This document shows positions 7,602 to 17,431 of a stretch of 64,000 nt of DNA, piece by piece. Source of the DNA: Planctomycetota bacterium (GTDB lineage: Bacteria; Planctomycetota; GCA-002687715; CAIWVZ01). Location of the stretch: NCBI GenBank assembly GCA_044222185.1, contig JBGANV010000009.1, forward strand, positions 64,001 through 128,000, given 5' to 3'. The first letter of the stretch is position 1. The number at the start of each line of letters is the position of its first letter. Position numbers and translations under genes: made by a program. The notes below the pieces were generated by a model. The model did not search any database and had not been told where the DNA came from. It saw only the letters and a program-made list of their open reading frames with translations.

Positions 7602-10034
7602 ATGTCCCGACGATTGGTGCAGACCGCGGCTTGCATGTTTGCGGTGACCCTCGGTCTTGGGTTGACGCTCGGTGGCTGTGGCGGTGGTGGAAATGGCGGT
7701 GGAACGTCGAACCAGGGCTCAGGAGTCCTGCAGACCGTGTCGTTCCTCGGCTACGCACCTGGCCCGGGCATCGGCTTCAACGGTACGGTCCCGCTTCCTG
7801 AGGTGTTCCGTGACCAGGCCCTCGAGTTCGCCTTCGACGGCCCCATCGACCCGTCCGGACTCGGCGGGTTTTTCCGCCAGGGCGTGACGACGACCGATCC
7901 TTGCGGCACTGGTGCCAACGTCGAGTTCCTCGGCGTCGCGCCCGCCGGTTCGACGGGAGTGCCGTACTACGCGTTCTGCAATCAGACGCTCGCACGCAAC
8001 GCCCTGCAGATCCGCGAGAACGCCGCGCTCGGTCCGCAGCTTCCCTCGTACATCCTGGGCGTCCACCGCGACAAGCCGAATGTCGTCGTCGTCGACCCAC
8101 GCATCGACGCCACCAACCCGTTCTCGCTGACGCCGAGCCAGGGGTTCAAGGCGACCACCGAGTACGTCTACATCATCCCCGTCGGAAACGCGTTGCGCGT
8201 CGGCGGACGTGAAGTCACCGCCGTCGGTCCGAACGTGTTCGCGCTCCCGATTGCGGCGCCGCCGTTCTCGACCCAGCCGGCGTTGAGCCAGATCTTCCGG
8301 TCGGGCGTGTCGTTCGGACCTGATCCGATCCCGCCCGCGATCGTCTCGATCACGGCTCAGAGCGGTCACCTCGGGACGCCGGCAGATCCGATCCTCGAGC
8401 AGGACCCGATCGTGATCACGTTCACGAAGCGCGTCTCTGCGGCGTCGATCGACACGATCAAGAACGCGATCTTCCGCAACATCAACGTGACGAACACGTC
8501 GAACCCGCTGGGTGTGCCGGTTCCCGGCTCCCTCGATCCATTGAACGTCGGGGTCACCGACGACAGTGCCTACGTGTTCACGCCGACCGTGCCCTACGGA
8601 CCGGGTACGGCGGGAGTCGGCTACGACATCGCGGTTCGCATCGGCAGCTTTGGCGCGCCTGCGAACGTGATTCCGCCCATCAAGGGAGTGCCGACGGGTC
8701 TGAGTGGGACGCAGCTCGACCTCTCCAACTCGCTTGCGGTGACTCTCCGCTCGACGCCCTGCGCCGGCGGATGCCCGTCGCCTGCGAGCGTCACGGAGCC
8801 GTTCGATACGCAGACCCAGCAGGACACGACCTTCGTACCGCCGTTCGCTGGCACCGCCCGCTGGAATGCCGGGTCGGCCCCGGGGTTCCTGACCGGCCGC
8901 GTGATCTCCGGCTCGCCAACCGGGAACAACCTGGCCGCGCTCGGCACACGAAGCCAGTTCACCGTCGATCCGACCCCGCCGACCACCACTCCGTTCACCG
9001 GGCTGTTCTCGCCGTTCGATTCGGCGGCGGCGTTCTCCGGTGGTGCCTGTGGCGCAGGCGGTTGCAACCTTGGAACGACGGTCAACCCCAACGGTGGCTC
9101 GCACATCATGCACCTCTACGAGTCCACTGAACTGGGCTCGCTCGAAGACTCCCTCGAGATGATCGAGTGGAGCCCCGTGAATGGGGTCACGATCCCGACG
9201 ACCTATCCGGCGTACCAGATCTGGTGCGGACTGACGAGCACGGCGGCGCCGCTGAACAGCACCACCTGCCCGGGCTCGGCTACGTGCCCCGGACTGGCGA
9301 CGGTCTACGACCAGAACTACAACCTGGCCACGTTCCAGCCGGGAACTGCAATCCCGGCGGCGTGCACGAGCGCCAGCGCGGCGAACCCGGACAAGGTCGC
9401 GTGCGGCGGCCCGACGGCCTACTCGGTGACCCTGGCGACCACCGCGTTCTTCCCGTTCCCGATCCTGCAGCCGTGCTTCGACTTCGCGACGAGCACGGGC
9501 CAGTCCGGTTCGGGTGTGAACCTGCTGTTCGAGCAGAACATCGAGTCTGGTACCCAGGCCCCGAACTTCAACCGCTACCGCGCGACGGCCTTCACCCCGG
9601 TGCGCCGCTTGATCGCCGCCCCGCTCTCCCTGAATGCGCCGGGTAACTGCGCGTTCGGCGTCGGCGGGTCGTACGACATCTACCGCGCCCGGTTCACGAT
9701 GGTCGGTCTGGTCTCGTCGGCCCGATCGCTGTGGTACGACACCGGCACGCCCGATCCGCAGTACGTGAACTTCATCCTGAACCCGAGCATCCTCTCGCAG
9801 CCGGCTGGCACCCAGTCGATCTGGATCCTCGAGGCGACGGACACGGCGAACCCGGGCCCGGGTACGACGGGCGTGTCGATCACGTTCGTGAACGCCGCCG
9901 GTACGGTGAACACGGCGGGTCTCACCACGCTCGGCAACCTGCGCTACTTCCGCTTCCGCACCCAATTGCGGGCCAACAATCTGACGAACGTCGCGCCGAC
10001 CTACGGCAGCGTCACCATGGCGTACACCTTCTGA
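7602..10034 (+). CDS. large lipoprotein with Ig-like (Big_5-type) domain, Gly/Thr/Pro-rich
   Basis: signal peptide with lipobox LTLGGC then poly-Gly linker; PPAIVSIT...IVITFTKRV Ig-like motif; SD AGGAG; terminal Phe. Confidence 0.75.
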   Translation: MSRRLVQTAACMFAVTLGLGLTLGGCGGGGNGGGTSNQGSGVLQTVSFLGYAPGPGIGFNGTVPLPEVFRDQALEFAFDGPIDPSGLGGFFRQGVTTTDPCGTGANVEFLGVAPAGSTGVPYYAFCNQTLARNALQIRENAALGPQLPSYILGVHRDKPNVVVVDPRIDATNPFSLTPSQGFKATTEYVYIIPVGNALRVGGREVTAVGPNVFALPIAAPPFSTQPALSQIFRSGVSFGPDPIPPAIVSITAQSGHLGTPADPILEQDPIVITFTKRVSAASIDTIKNAIFRNINVTNTSNPLGVPVPGSLDPLNVGVTDDSAYVFTPTVPYGPGTAGVGYDIAVRIGSFGAPANVIPPIKGVPTGLSGTQLDLSNSLAVTLRSTPCAGGCPSPASVTEPFDTQTQQDTTFVPPFAGTARWNAGSAPGFLTGRVISGSPTGNNLAALGTRSQFTVDPTPPTTTPFTGLFSPFDSAAAFSGGACGAGGCNLGTTVNPNGGSHIMHLYESTELGSLEDSLEMIEWSPVNGVTIPTTYPAYQIWCGLTSTAAPLNSTTCPGSATCPGLATVYDQNYNLATFQPGTAIPAACTSASAANPDKVACGGPTAYSVTLATTAFFPFPILQPCFDFATSTGQSGSGVNLLFEQNIESGTQAPNFNRYRATAFTPVRRLIAAPLSLNAPGNCAFGVGGSYDIYRARFTMVGLVSSARSLWYDTGTPDPQYVNFILNPSILSQPAGTQSIWILEATDTANPGPGTTGVSITFVNAAGTVNTAGLTTLGNLRYFRFRTQLRANNLTNVAPTYGSVTMAYTF

Positions 10035-10053
10035 TCTGCTGAAGGTCGCCCAC

Positions 10054-10090
10054 ACGCCCCGCCGCGCTCACGCCCGGCGGGGCGTCTTCA
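10054..10090 (+). terminator. hairpin after lipoprotein gene
   Basis: ACGCCCCGCCG / CGGCGGGGCGT 11-bp stem; weak U tail. Confidence 0.5.
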
Positions 10091-10323
10091 TGTCCGGGCG
10101 ATCCGGCCTGGGTGCACGCGACGTAGCCGCTCGTCGACCCCAAACCCCGGGCATCGGCACGCTCGCCGCGTCTTCCGTTTCCGGGAATGCACACCTACAA
10201 TCGGCGCCAGATCCTGAGGTGCACGCGGCTCTCACCACTGCCGATGGGGTGGTCCGTGCCCCGGTCGTCTGAACGCTCACAACTGAGGGCGCCCTTCGTC
10301 GCCCTCTGAATTCCAGGGAAGTC

Positions 10324-11223
10324 GTGTTGAGGGAACCGCGAGAGTTCCTCGTCATGGGGATGGTCGCGTCGATCGGGGCGTGCGTTGGCTCGTTCCTGAA
10401 CGTCGTCGCCTATCGCCTTCCGCGCGAGTGCATGTCGATCGTGAAACCGCGCTCGCGTTGCACGCGATGCGCTCACATGATCGCGTGGTACGACAACCTG
10501 CCGATCCTGTCGTGGCTCATGCTGCGCGGACGATGCCGCGCGTGTCGCGTCGGGATCTCTCCGCGCTATCCACTCGTCGAGCTCTTCGTCGCAGCGCTCT
10601 TCGTCGTGACTGCATTGCTCGTCCTACCGCACGAGGGTTGGCGACGACCTGCCGACCACGCGACACAGTGGCTTCAGGTCGGGGTGATGGCGCTCATCGG
10701 CTCGGCTCTCGTCGCGCTGACGTTGATCGACCTCGACTTCTTCATCCTTCCGGACGAGATCACGAAGTCCGGCATCGTCCTCGGTCCGTTCCTCGCATTC
10801 ATCGCGCCGGGGATTCAGCCGTCGCTCGTGCTCAAGGGATGGACCGTGTTCGGACTCCTCGGAACCCCGCTGGAGACGATGGTCGGTGACCGCGGAGTCG
10901 CTCTCATCCATGGAGTCCTCGGTGCCGTCGTCGCCGGCGGAACGCTGTGGCTCATCGGAGTCGCGGGGACCTGGGCGTTCAAGAAGGACGCCATGGGGTT
11001 CGGCGACGTGAAGATGCTCGCCGCCATGGGCGGTGTATTGGGATTCTGGTCTCTGCTCGCGCTGGTCGTCGCCGTCATGACTGGCGCGGTGGTGGGGATC
11101 GTGGTCAGATTGGTGAGCAAGGGGCGCTACATCCCGTTCGGGCCGTTCCTCGCGCTCGGAATGTGGATCGTGATGCTCTGGGGAAAGCCCTTGCTCGGTT
11201 GGTGGCTCGGACTGTATCGCTGA
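10324..11223 (+). CDS. pilD: prepilin peptidase / N-methyltransferase (A24)
   Basis: GSFLNVVAYRLP, RSRCTRC, DNLPILSW, GRCRAC, LIDLD, MGFGDVK, IPFGPFLA; start uncertain (10324/10354). Confidence 0.95.
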   Translation: MLREPREFLVMGMVASIGACVGSFLNVVAYRLPRECMSIVKPRSRCTRCAHMIAWYDNLPILSWLMLRGRCRACRVGISPRYPLVELFVAALFVVTALLVLPHEGWRRPADHATQWLQVGVMALIGSALVALTLIDLDFFILPDEITKSGIVLGPFLAFIAPGIQPSLVLKGWTVFGLLGTPLETMVGDRGVALIHGVLGAVVAGGTLWLIGVAGTWAFKKDAMGFGDVKMLAAMGGVLGFWSLLALVVAVMTGAVVGIVVRLVSKGRYIPFGPFLALGMWIVMLWGKPLLGWWLGLYR

Positions 11224-11274
11224 GTGGCGGCAGCACGGGGCTGCGACAGGAGCGGCCCTCGGGAGGTGTCGACG

Positions 11275-12039
11275 ATGTTTCGTGCAACGTGGTTCGTGTG
11301 TCTTGGTTCATTGGCGTTCTTGGCGGCCGGTTGTGCGTCGGACGATGAGGCCCTCGCGGAGAAAGACCGACTCATCCAGGAGAAGTCGAGTGAGAACGAA
11401 GGGCTCGCTCGTCAGAACTCCGACTTGAAGTCGACGTCCGTCGTCATGCAGCGCGAGCTCGACGAGAAGAATCGACAGCTCGCGATCGCTCAGGCCCAGG
11501 CGCAACCGACGAACGCGCCAGCGCTCGGCTCCGTGCACACCGAGCCGAAGACCAGCAAGGACGCGACGCCCGTCGCGTCCCACGAGAAGGGCGAGTCGAA
11601 CAAGGGTCGTGCCGCGAAGGTCTCGATCAAGGACGAGGACGTCGACGTCATCGCGCGGGGCGACGGCGCGACGCTCATCCGCATGTCGGGCGGCGCTGGC
11701 TTCGACGCCGGTTCAGCCACGCTGACGAAGCGCGGCAAGGACGCCTTGAAGAAGATCGCGGACGAACTGAAGGACACGACGGGCGAGATCCGCATCGAAG
11801 GTCACACCGATGCGACGCCGCTCACAGGGAAGAACAAGGAGCGGTTCGGCACGAACCAGCACCTGTCGATCGCGCGAGCCCTCGCCGTCCAGGAATACCT
11901 GGTCACGAACTGCAAGTTCCCCAAGTCGCGCATCGGTGAAGTCGTCGGTCTCGGCGAAACCAAGCCGCTGGACAAGGCGAACACGAAGGCTGCGCACGCG
12001 AAGAACCGTCGCGTCGACATCATCCTCCACTCGAACTGA
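11275..12039 (+). CDS. OmpA/MotB-family lipoprotein with coiled coil
   Basis: lipobox FLAAGC, FDAGSATL, IEGHTD, NQHLSIARA, KNRRVDI; SD GGAGG. Confidence 0.9.
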   Translation: MFRATWFVCLGSLAFLAAGCASDDEALAEKDRLIQEKSSENEGLARQNSDLKSTSVVMQRELDEKNRQLAIAQAQAQPTNAPALGSVHTEPKTSKDATPVASHEKGESNKGRAAKVSIKDEDVDVIARGDGATLIRMSGGAGFDAGSATLTKRGKDALKKIADELKDTTGEIRIEGHTDATPLTGKNKERFGTNQHLSIARALAVQEYLVTNCKFPKSRIGEVVGLGETKPLDKANTKAAHAKNRRVDIILHSN

Positions 12040-12067
12040 GTGACGGACGCCGGGAATTTCCGGTCGA

Positions 12068-12113
12068 CCGCCGGGCGATCCGCAACCACGCGGCCGCCCG
12101 GCGGCTTCGTTTT
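12068..12113 (+). terminator. Rho-independent terminator
   Basis: CCGCCGGGCG / CGCCCGGCGG stem followed by CTTCGTTTT. Confidence 0.6.
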
Positions 12114-12354
12114 CCGGGCAGCTCGGCGGCGGGGGGCGCCGGCGCGCATGATTTGCCGCTCGTCGCCACGCATGTGGGAGCGTGTCGATCCGAGGCCGTG
12201 TGCAGCACGGATCGCTACCGACGCCGGATGCAAGAGCGAACGCCGCACTTTTTCCCGCCCCGTCTTCGCATCTGGCCGCGGGTCACGCCCTTGCCAGCAA
12301 AAGGGCTTGTGAAGTAATCTCGCGCACGCACTCAATTCAACCGGTGAGGTCGGC

Positions 12355-14331
12355 ATGTCGAAGCACGCTCCAGCGGATCTTCGGAACGTTGTACTGCTCG
12401 GGCACGGGGATGCGGGGAAGACGACGCTCGCCGAGAACATGCTGTTCAAGGCGGGGGCTGTGAACCGCCTGGGTTCGGTGAAGGAGAAGACCTCGCTCTT
12501 CGACTTCGAACCGGACGAACGGGAACGCGGCCACTCGATCGACTGCGCCGTCGGGCAATGTTCGTGGCAGGGCAAGGACATCAATCTCGTCGATTGCCCG
12601 GGCTACCCGGACTTCTTCGGAGAGGTCATCACCGGCGTTTCCGCCGCGGACCTCGCGCTCGTCTGTGTGAACGCGCACTCGGGGATCCTCACGGGCACGC
12701 GTCGCGGGTTTCAGGCGGCCGAGGCGCGGCAGAGGGCACGCGCGATCGTGGTGACGAAGTGTGACCTCGAGATGAAGCGTCTCGGGATGATCCTTCGCGA
12801 CATTCGTGCGGCGTTCGGCGATCGTTGCATCCCCTACCACGGGCCACCGGAGATCGGAGAGTTCCGCCAGCAGTGGACGGACGCCGCCGTCGAGGCCGAC
12901 GATGCCCTCATGACTCGCTACCTCGAAGGCGAGGCCATCACCGAGGACGAACTGCTCGCCGCGGCCCGCAAGCAGGTCGCCGCGGGCAAGATCATCCCCG
13001 TGGTGTTCACGTCGAGCGAGAAGGGGATGGGGGTCGACACGATCCTGGACATGATCGTCGCGCTCGGCCCGTCGCCGGTGGACGTTCCGCGCCGTCTCGT
13101 TCCGCTGAATGACCAGAACGCGGAACCGGAGCTGATCAAGCCGGACCCGGCCGCGTCCTTCATCGGCACGGTGTTCAAGGTCCAGATCGACAAGCACGTC
13201 GGTCGGCTCGTCTTCGTTCGCGTGCTCACGGGGACACTCAAGCCCGGTGACCTGATCCACTCCATCAACCACCAGAAGAAGGAGAAGGTCGGGCACATGT
13301 TCCGGCCCATGGGCAAGGATCAGAAACCGGTCGAGTCCGCCGGTCCGGGCGACCTGATCATCCTCACGAAGATCGATTCACTTCGATTCGGCGACACGCT
13401 GGCGACGAATCCGGCGAGTCACGTCGCCATCCCCGGTCGCTTTCCCAAGCCGATGTTCGGCGTCGCGATTCGTGCAAAGAACCGCGGCGACGAGGTGAAG
13501 ATGGCCGAAGCGCTGCACAAGCTCGCCGAAGAGTCGGCGACGTTCGTGCCGCACCGTGAAGCTGCCACGGCGGAACTCGTCGCGTCCGGTCTGAGCCAGC
13601 TCCACGTCGACATCATGCTGCGCCGGCTGAAGGACCGGTTCGGCATCGAGGTCGAGACCAGCAAGCCGAAAGTGCCCTACAAGGAGACGATTTCGCTCGG
13701 TGCCGACGGCCATCATCGCCACAAGAAGCAGTCGGGCGGCCGCGGGCAATTCGCGGAGGTGTTCCTGCACGTCGAACCGGGGGAGGCGGGCAAGGGACTC
13801 CAATATCTCTGGGAGATCTTCGGCGGCACGATTCCGCGGAATTACGAGCCCGCCATCGAGAAGGGCGTCCGGGAGGTCATGGCCAAGGGCGTCATCGCGG
13901 GGTACCAGATCGAGGACGTGATCGTCCGCATCAAGGACGGCAAGTACCACGAGGTCGACTCGTCGGACGCCGCCTTCAAGATCGCGGGCGCGCGCGCCTT
14001 CAAGGACGCCGTCGCGAAGGCCAGGCCCTCTCTCCTCGAACCGATCGTGAAACTCGAAGTCACGGTCCCGTCCGAGTGCATGGGCGATATCTCCGGCGAT
14101 CTCAACACGCGGCGCGGGCGCATCCGTGGGATGAGCCAGATCGGGGATCTCCAGGTCATCGAGGCCGAGATCCCCCTCGTCGAAGCTCAGGATTACTCCC
14201 GCGTCCTGACCTCGCTGACATCAGGCCGCGGCAGCTTCACTCTCGAGCCCGACCACTACGAGGTCGTTCCGGCCCAGATCCAACAGCAGATCATCGCGGC
14301 GTACAAGCCGCACGCCGACGAGGACGAGTAG
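12355..14331 (+). CDS. elongation factor G paralog (EF-G2 type)
   Basis: GHGDAGKTT, RGHSI, DCPGY, TKCD; KKQSGGRGQF, YHEVDSS, LLEPI; 658 aa, outside an str operon. Confidence 0.9.
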   Translation: MSKHAPADLRNVVLLGHGDAGKTTLAENMLFKAGAVNRLGSVKEKTSLFDFEPDERERGHSIDCAVGQCSWQGKDINLVDCPGYPDFFGEVITGVSAADLALVCVNAHSGILTGTRRGFQAAEARQRARAIVVTKCDLEMKRLGMILRDIRAAFGDRCIPYHGPPEIGEFRQQWTDAAVEADDALMTRYLEGEAITEDELLAAARKQVAAGKIIPVVFTSSEKGMGVDTILDMIVALGPSPVDVPRRLVPLNDQNAEPELIKPDPAASFIGTVFKVQIDKHVGRLVFVRVLTGTLKPGDLIHSINHQKKEKVGHMFRPMGKDQKPVESAGPGDLIILTKIDSLRFGDTLATNPASHVAIPGRFPKPMFGVAIRAKNRGDEVKMAEALHKLAEESATFVPHREAATAELVASGLSQLHVDIMLRRLKDRFGIEVETSKPKVPYKETISLGADGHHRHKKQSGGRGQFAEVFLHVEPGEAGKGLQYLWEIFGGTIPRNYEPAIEKGVREVMAKGVIAGYQIEDVIVRIKDGKYHEVDSSDAAFKIAGARAFKDAVAKARPSLLEPIVKLEVTVPSECMGDISGDLNTRRGRIRGMSQIGDLQVIEAEIPLVEAQDYSRVLTSLTSGRGSFTLEPDHYEVVPAQIQQQIIAAYKPHADEDE

Positions 14332-14386
14332 CCCGCCAGAGGCGCCCGCGTCTGCAGCGTGGCGCTTCGGATTCCCTCAATCGCGC

Positions 14387-14420
14387 ACGAGGACGCGGCT
14401 TTCCGCCGCGTCCTCGTTTT
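14387..14420 (+). terminator. Rho-independent terminator
   Basis: 13-bp perfect stem ACGAGGACGCGGC / GCCGCGTCCTCGT, 5-nt loop, then T run. Confidence 0.8.
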
Positions 14421-14551
14421 CATTCCACCCTCCCCTCGTCCGATAGTTAGTCGGACGGTGTCGCGATCCGGCGCTCCTCAGCCGGAGTGTGCCTCACCAG
14501 CGTGACCCGTTTCTCGTCGGGCAGTTTTCGCGGCTCGCTGGGAGGGAAGCC

Positions 14552-15643
14552 ATGTACACGTTCGAGACACTCCTCGATCAGCTCGTCAAGCGCGGCGGGT
14601 CCGACCTGCACATCTCCGCAGGGTCTCCGCCCAAGTTCCGAATCGACGGCAACCTCGTCGACGTCGGCAACGAGGGAATGACGCCGGCCGAGACGAAGCA
14701 GCTGATCTACAGCGTGCTGACGGATGATCAGATCGCAACGTTCGAACGCGAGCTCGAGCTGGACTTCTCGTTCGGCGTGAGCGGGCTCGGACGCTTCCGC
14801 ACCAACGTCTTCCAACAGCGTGGCGCCGTGGGATCCGTGCTTCGACTCATTCCGGTGAAGATCCAGGCATTCGAGGAGTTGGGGCTGCCGCGTGACGTCT
14901 GCGAGCGCCTCTGCCAGCTGCCGAAGGGCCTGATCCTCGTCACGGGTGCCACGGGCTCCGGCAAGTCGACGACGCTGGCGGCGATGATCGATCACATCAA
15001 CCGTTCGCGTGCCGATCACATCGTGACGATCGAGGACCCGATCGAGTTCCTCCACCAGAACAAGAAGTGCCTCTTCAACCAGCGCGAGGTCGGGACGGAC
15101 ACGCACGGGTTCAAGAAGGCGCTGCGGGCCGTGCTTCGTCAGGACCCGGACGTGGTGCTCGTGGGCGAAATGCGCGACCTGGAGACGGTCGAAGCCGCGC
15201 TCACGCTCGCCGAGACGGGACACCTCACGTTCGCCACCCTGCACACGTCGGATGCCGTGCAGACGATCAACCGAATCGTCGACGTGTTCCCCGCGTACCA
15301 GCAACAGCAGATCCGGACGCAGCTGTCGTTCGCGCTCCAGGCAGTCTTCTGTCAGCAGCTCCTGCCCAATGCGAACGGCCGCGGTCGCGTGCTCGCCGCC
15401 GAGGTGATGATCGCGAACTCCGCCATCCGCGCCCTCATCCGTGAAAGCAAGGCGCACCAGATCTACTCTCAGATCCAGACGGGCGGTCGCGAGGGCATGA
15501 AGACGATGAACCAGGCCCTCGCCGACCTCATCGAGCGACGCGCCTTGTCGATGGACGACGCGCTGACCTACTCCACGGACAAGGACGACCTCGTCCGGAT
15601 CCTCGGCCGCCACGTTTCGGCCCCGGTGGGCGCGCGGCGATGA
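14552..15643 (+). CDS. pilT: type IV pilus retraction ATPase PilT
   Basis: SDLHIS, GATGSGKSTTLAAM, IEDPIEF, LRQDPDV, AIRALIRE; SD GGAGG before ATG 14552. Confidence 0.95.
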   Translation: MYTFETLLDQLVKRGGSDLHISAGSPPKFRIDGNLVDVGNEGMTPAETKQLIYSVLTDDQIATFERELELDFSFGVSGLGRFRTNVFQQRGAVGSVLRLIPVKIQAFEELGLPRDVCERLCQLPKGLILVTGATGSGKSTTLAAMIDHINRSRADHIVTIEDPIEFLHQNKKCLFNQREVGTDTHGFKKALRAVLRQDPDVVLVGEMRDLETVEAALTLAETGHLTFATLHTSDAVQTINRIVDVFPAYQQQQIRTQLSFALQAVFCQQLLPNANGRGRVLAAEVMIANSAIRALIRESKAHQIYSQIQTGGREGMKTMNQALADLIERRALSMDDALTYSTDKDDLVRILGRHVSAPVGARR

Positions 15644-17400
15644 ACGTCAGTTTCGATCGGAGGATTCGCTCACTTCTCGAGCGCTCCGGGCGCTACAAGC
15701 CGGAGGATCTCGAGGCGTTGGGCGAAGCTGCCGCACGAGAGAAGCTGCCGCTCGCCCAGATCGTCACCGAGAAGGGCGGCATCAACGAGAAGGAGTTCGC
15801 CGGCCTCCTCGCCCGCGAGTCGAACCTGCCGCCCGTCGATCTGGACATGATCGAGGTGGAGGCGACCGCCGTCGAGTCGCTCGATCGCGCCATCGCCGAG
15901 CAGCACAACATCCTCCCGATCGCGAAGATCGGCACGTTCCTCACCATCGTCGTGTCGAACCCGTTCGACCTGCCGACGATGGACCATCTGAAGGTTCAGA
16001 CGGGCTGCGAACTGCGTCCCATGGTCGCGTCCTATGCCGCGATCCGCCGCGCCGTGCTCGGCCAGTATCGGCGCGACGAGCAGAAGATGGAGGAGCTCCT
16101 CGGCAGCAACGAGGGCGAGATCGAGCTCAAGGCCGAGGACGTCGTCGAGGATTCCGTCGATCTGGCGGACGGCGGTGAGGAAGACAGCAAGGTCGTCCGC
16201 GCCGTCAACATGATTCTGTACCAGGCGGCCGTGGACAAAGTCTCCGACATCCACATCGAGCCGTTCGAGAAACAGACGCGGGTCCGGTTCCGCAAGGACG
16301 GTGTCCTTCGCGAGGCTCACCAACTCGGGAAGGCAACGCATGCGGCGATCATCTCGCGGTTGAAGATCATGGCCGGCCTCGACATCGCCGAGCGCCGCCG
16401 CCCGCAGGACGGCAAGTTCCAGATCCGCGTCAACAGCCGTCAGATCGACCTGCGCCTCTCGATTCTTCCCGTCGTTCACGGTGAGAAGGCCGTGCTCCGC
16501 CTCCTCGACTCGTCGAACCTCGTGCTCAAACTCGACGACCTGGGGTTCGAGCCATCCTGCCTCGACGCCATGCGTCGGGCCATCAGCGCACCCTACGGCA
16601 TGATCCTGGTCACGGGGCCCACGGGCTCGGGGAAGTCGACGACTCTCTACTCGATCGTGAACGAGCTGCTGAGTGATTCCGACAACTTCATCACGGTCGA
16701 AGACCCCGTCGAGTACCAGATCGACGGAGTGAACCAGGTTCCGGTCAACGTGAAGCGCGGGTTGACCTTCGCGGCCGCGCTCCGATCCATCCTGCGCCAG
16801 GACCCGGACGTCATCATGATCGGCGAAATCCGCGATACCGAAACGCTGGACATCGCGATCAAGGCCGCGCTCACCGGCCACCTGGTGTTGTCGACCCTCC
16901 ACACCAACGACGCACCGTCGACGGTCACGCGCATGATCCAGATGGGGGTCGATCCGTTCCTCGTCGCGTCGTCCGTCCTGATCGTCGCCGCGCAGCGGCT
17001 GGCGCGAAAGCTCTGCCAGTTCTGCAGGAAGCCCGTCGAGGTGCCCGTCGAGCGCCTCGTCGAGGTGGGCATGACGCGCGCGGATGCCGAAGGCGCCAAA
17101 CTGTTCCAGGCCGTCGGCTGCGCCAAGTGCAACCAGGGCTACAAGGGCCGATTCGCGCTGCTCGAGATCCTCGAGGTCACACCCGACATCAAGGAGGTCA
17201 TCCTCCGGGGTGGCAACGAACTCGAGATCAAGCGCGTCGCCATGGCGAAGCAGCAGATGATGACGCTGCGCAGGGCAGGGCTCTCCAACGCGCGCCGCGG
17301 CTTGACGAGCATCGAGGAAGTGCTGCGCGTGAGCGCCGGCGACGAGCTCGAGGTGAAGGGCTACGTCCGGCCGAAGCAAGACACACCGACCGAGGACTGA
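15640..17400 (+). CDS. pilB: type IV pilus assembly ATPase PilB (GspE/PulE family)
   Basis: SDIHIEP, RRPQDG, GPTGSGKSTTLY, LRQDPD, CQFC...CAKC zinc motif. Confidence 0.93.
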   Translation: MNVSFDRRIRSLLERSGRYKPEDLEALGEAAAREKLPLAQIVTEKGGINEKEFAGLLARESNLPPVDLDMIEVEATAVESLDRAIAEQHNILPIAKIGTFLTIVVSNPFDLPTMDHLKVQTGCELRPMVASYAAIRRAVLGQYRRDEQKMEELLGSNEGEIELKAEDVVEDSVDLADGGEEDSKVVRAVNMILYQAAVDKVSDIHIEPFEKQTRVRFRKDGVLREAHQLGKATHAAIISRLKIMAGLDIAERRRPQDGKFQIRVNSRQIDLRLSILPVVHGEKAVLRLLDSSNLVLKLDDLGFEPSCLDAMRRAISAPYGMILVTGPTGSGKSTTLYSIVNELLSDSDNFITVEDPVEYQIDGVNQVPVNVKRGLTFAAALRSILRQDPDVIMIGEIRDTETLDIAIKAALTGHLVLSTLHTNDAPSTVTRMIQMGVDPFLVASSVLIVAAQRLARKLCQFCRKPVEVPVERLVEVGMTRADAEGAKLFQAVGCAKCNQGYKGRFALLEILEVTPDIKEVILRGGNELEIKRVAMAKQQMMTLRRAGLSNARRGLTSIEEVLRVSAGDELEVKGYVRPKQDTPTED

Positions 17401-17431
17401 GTCGAGGATCCAACAGGCTAGAGGTTAGACC

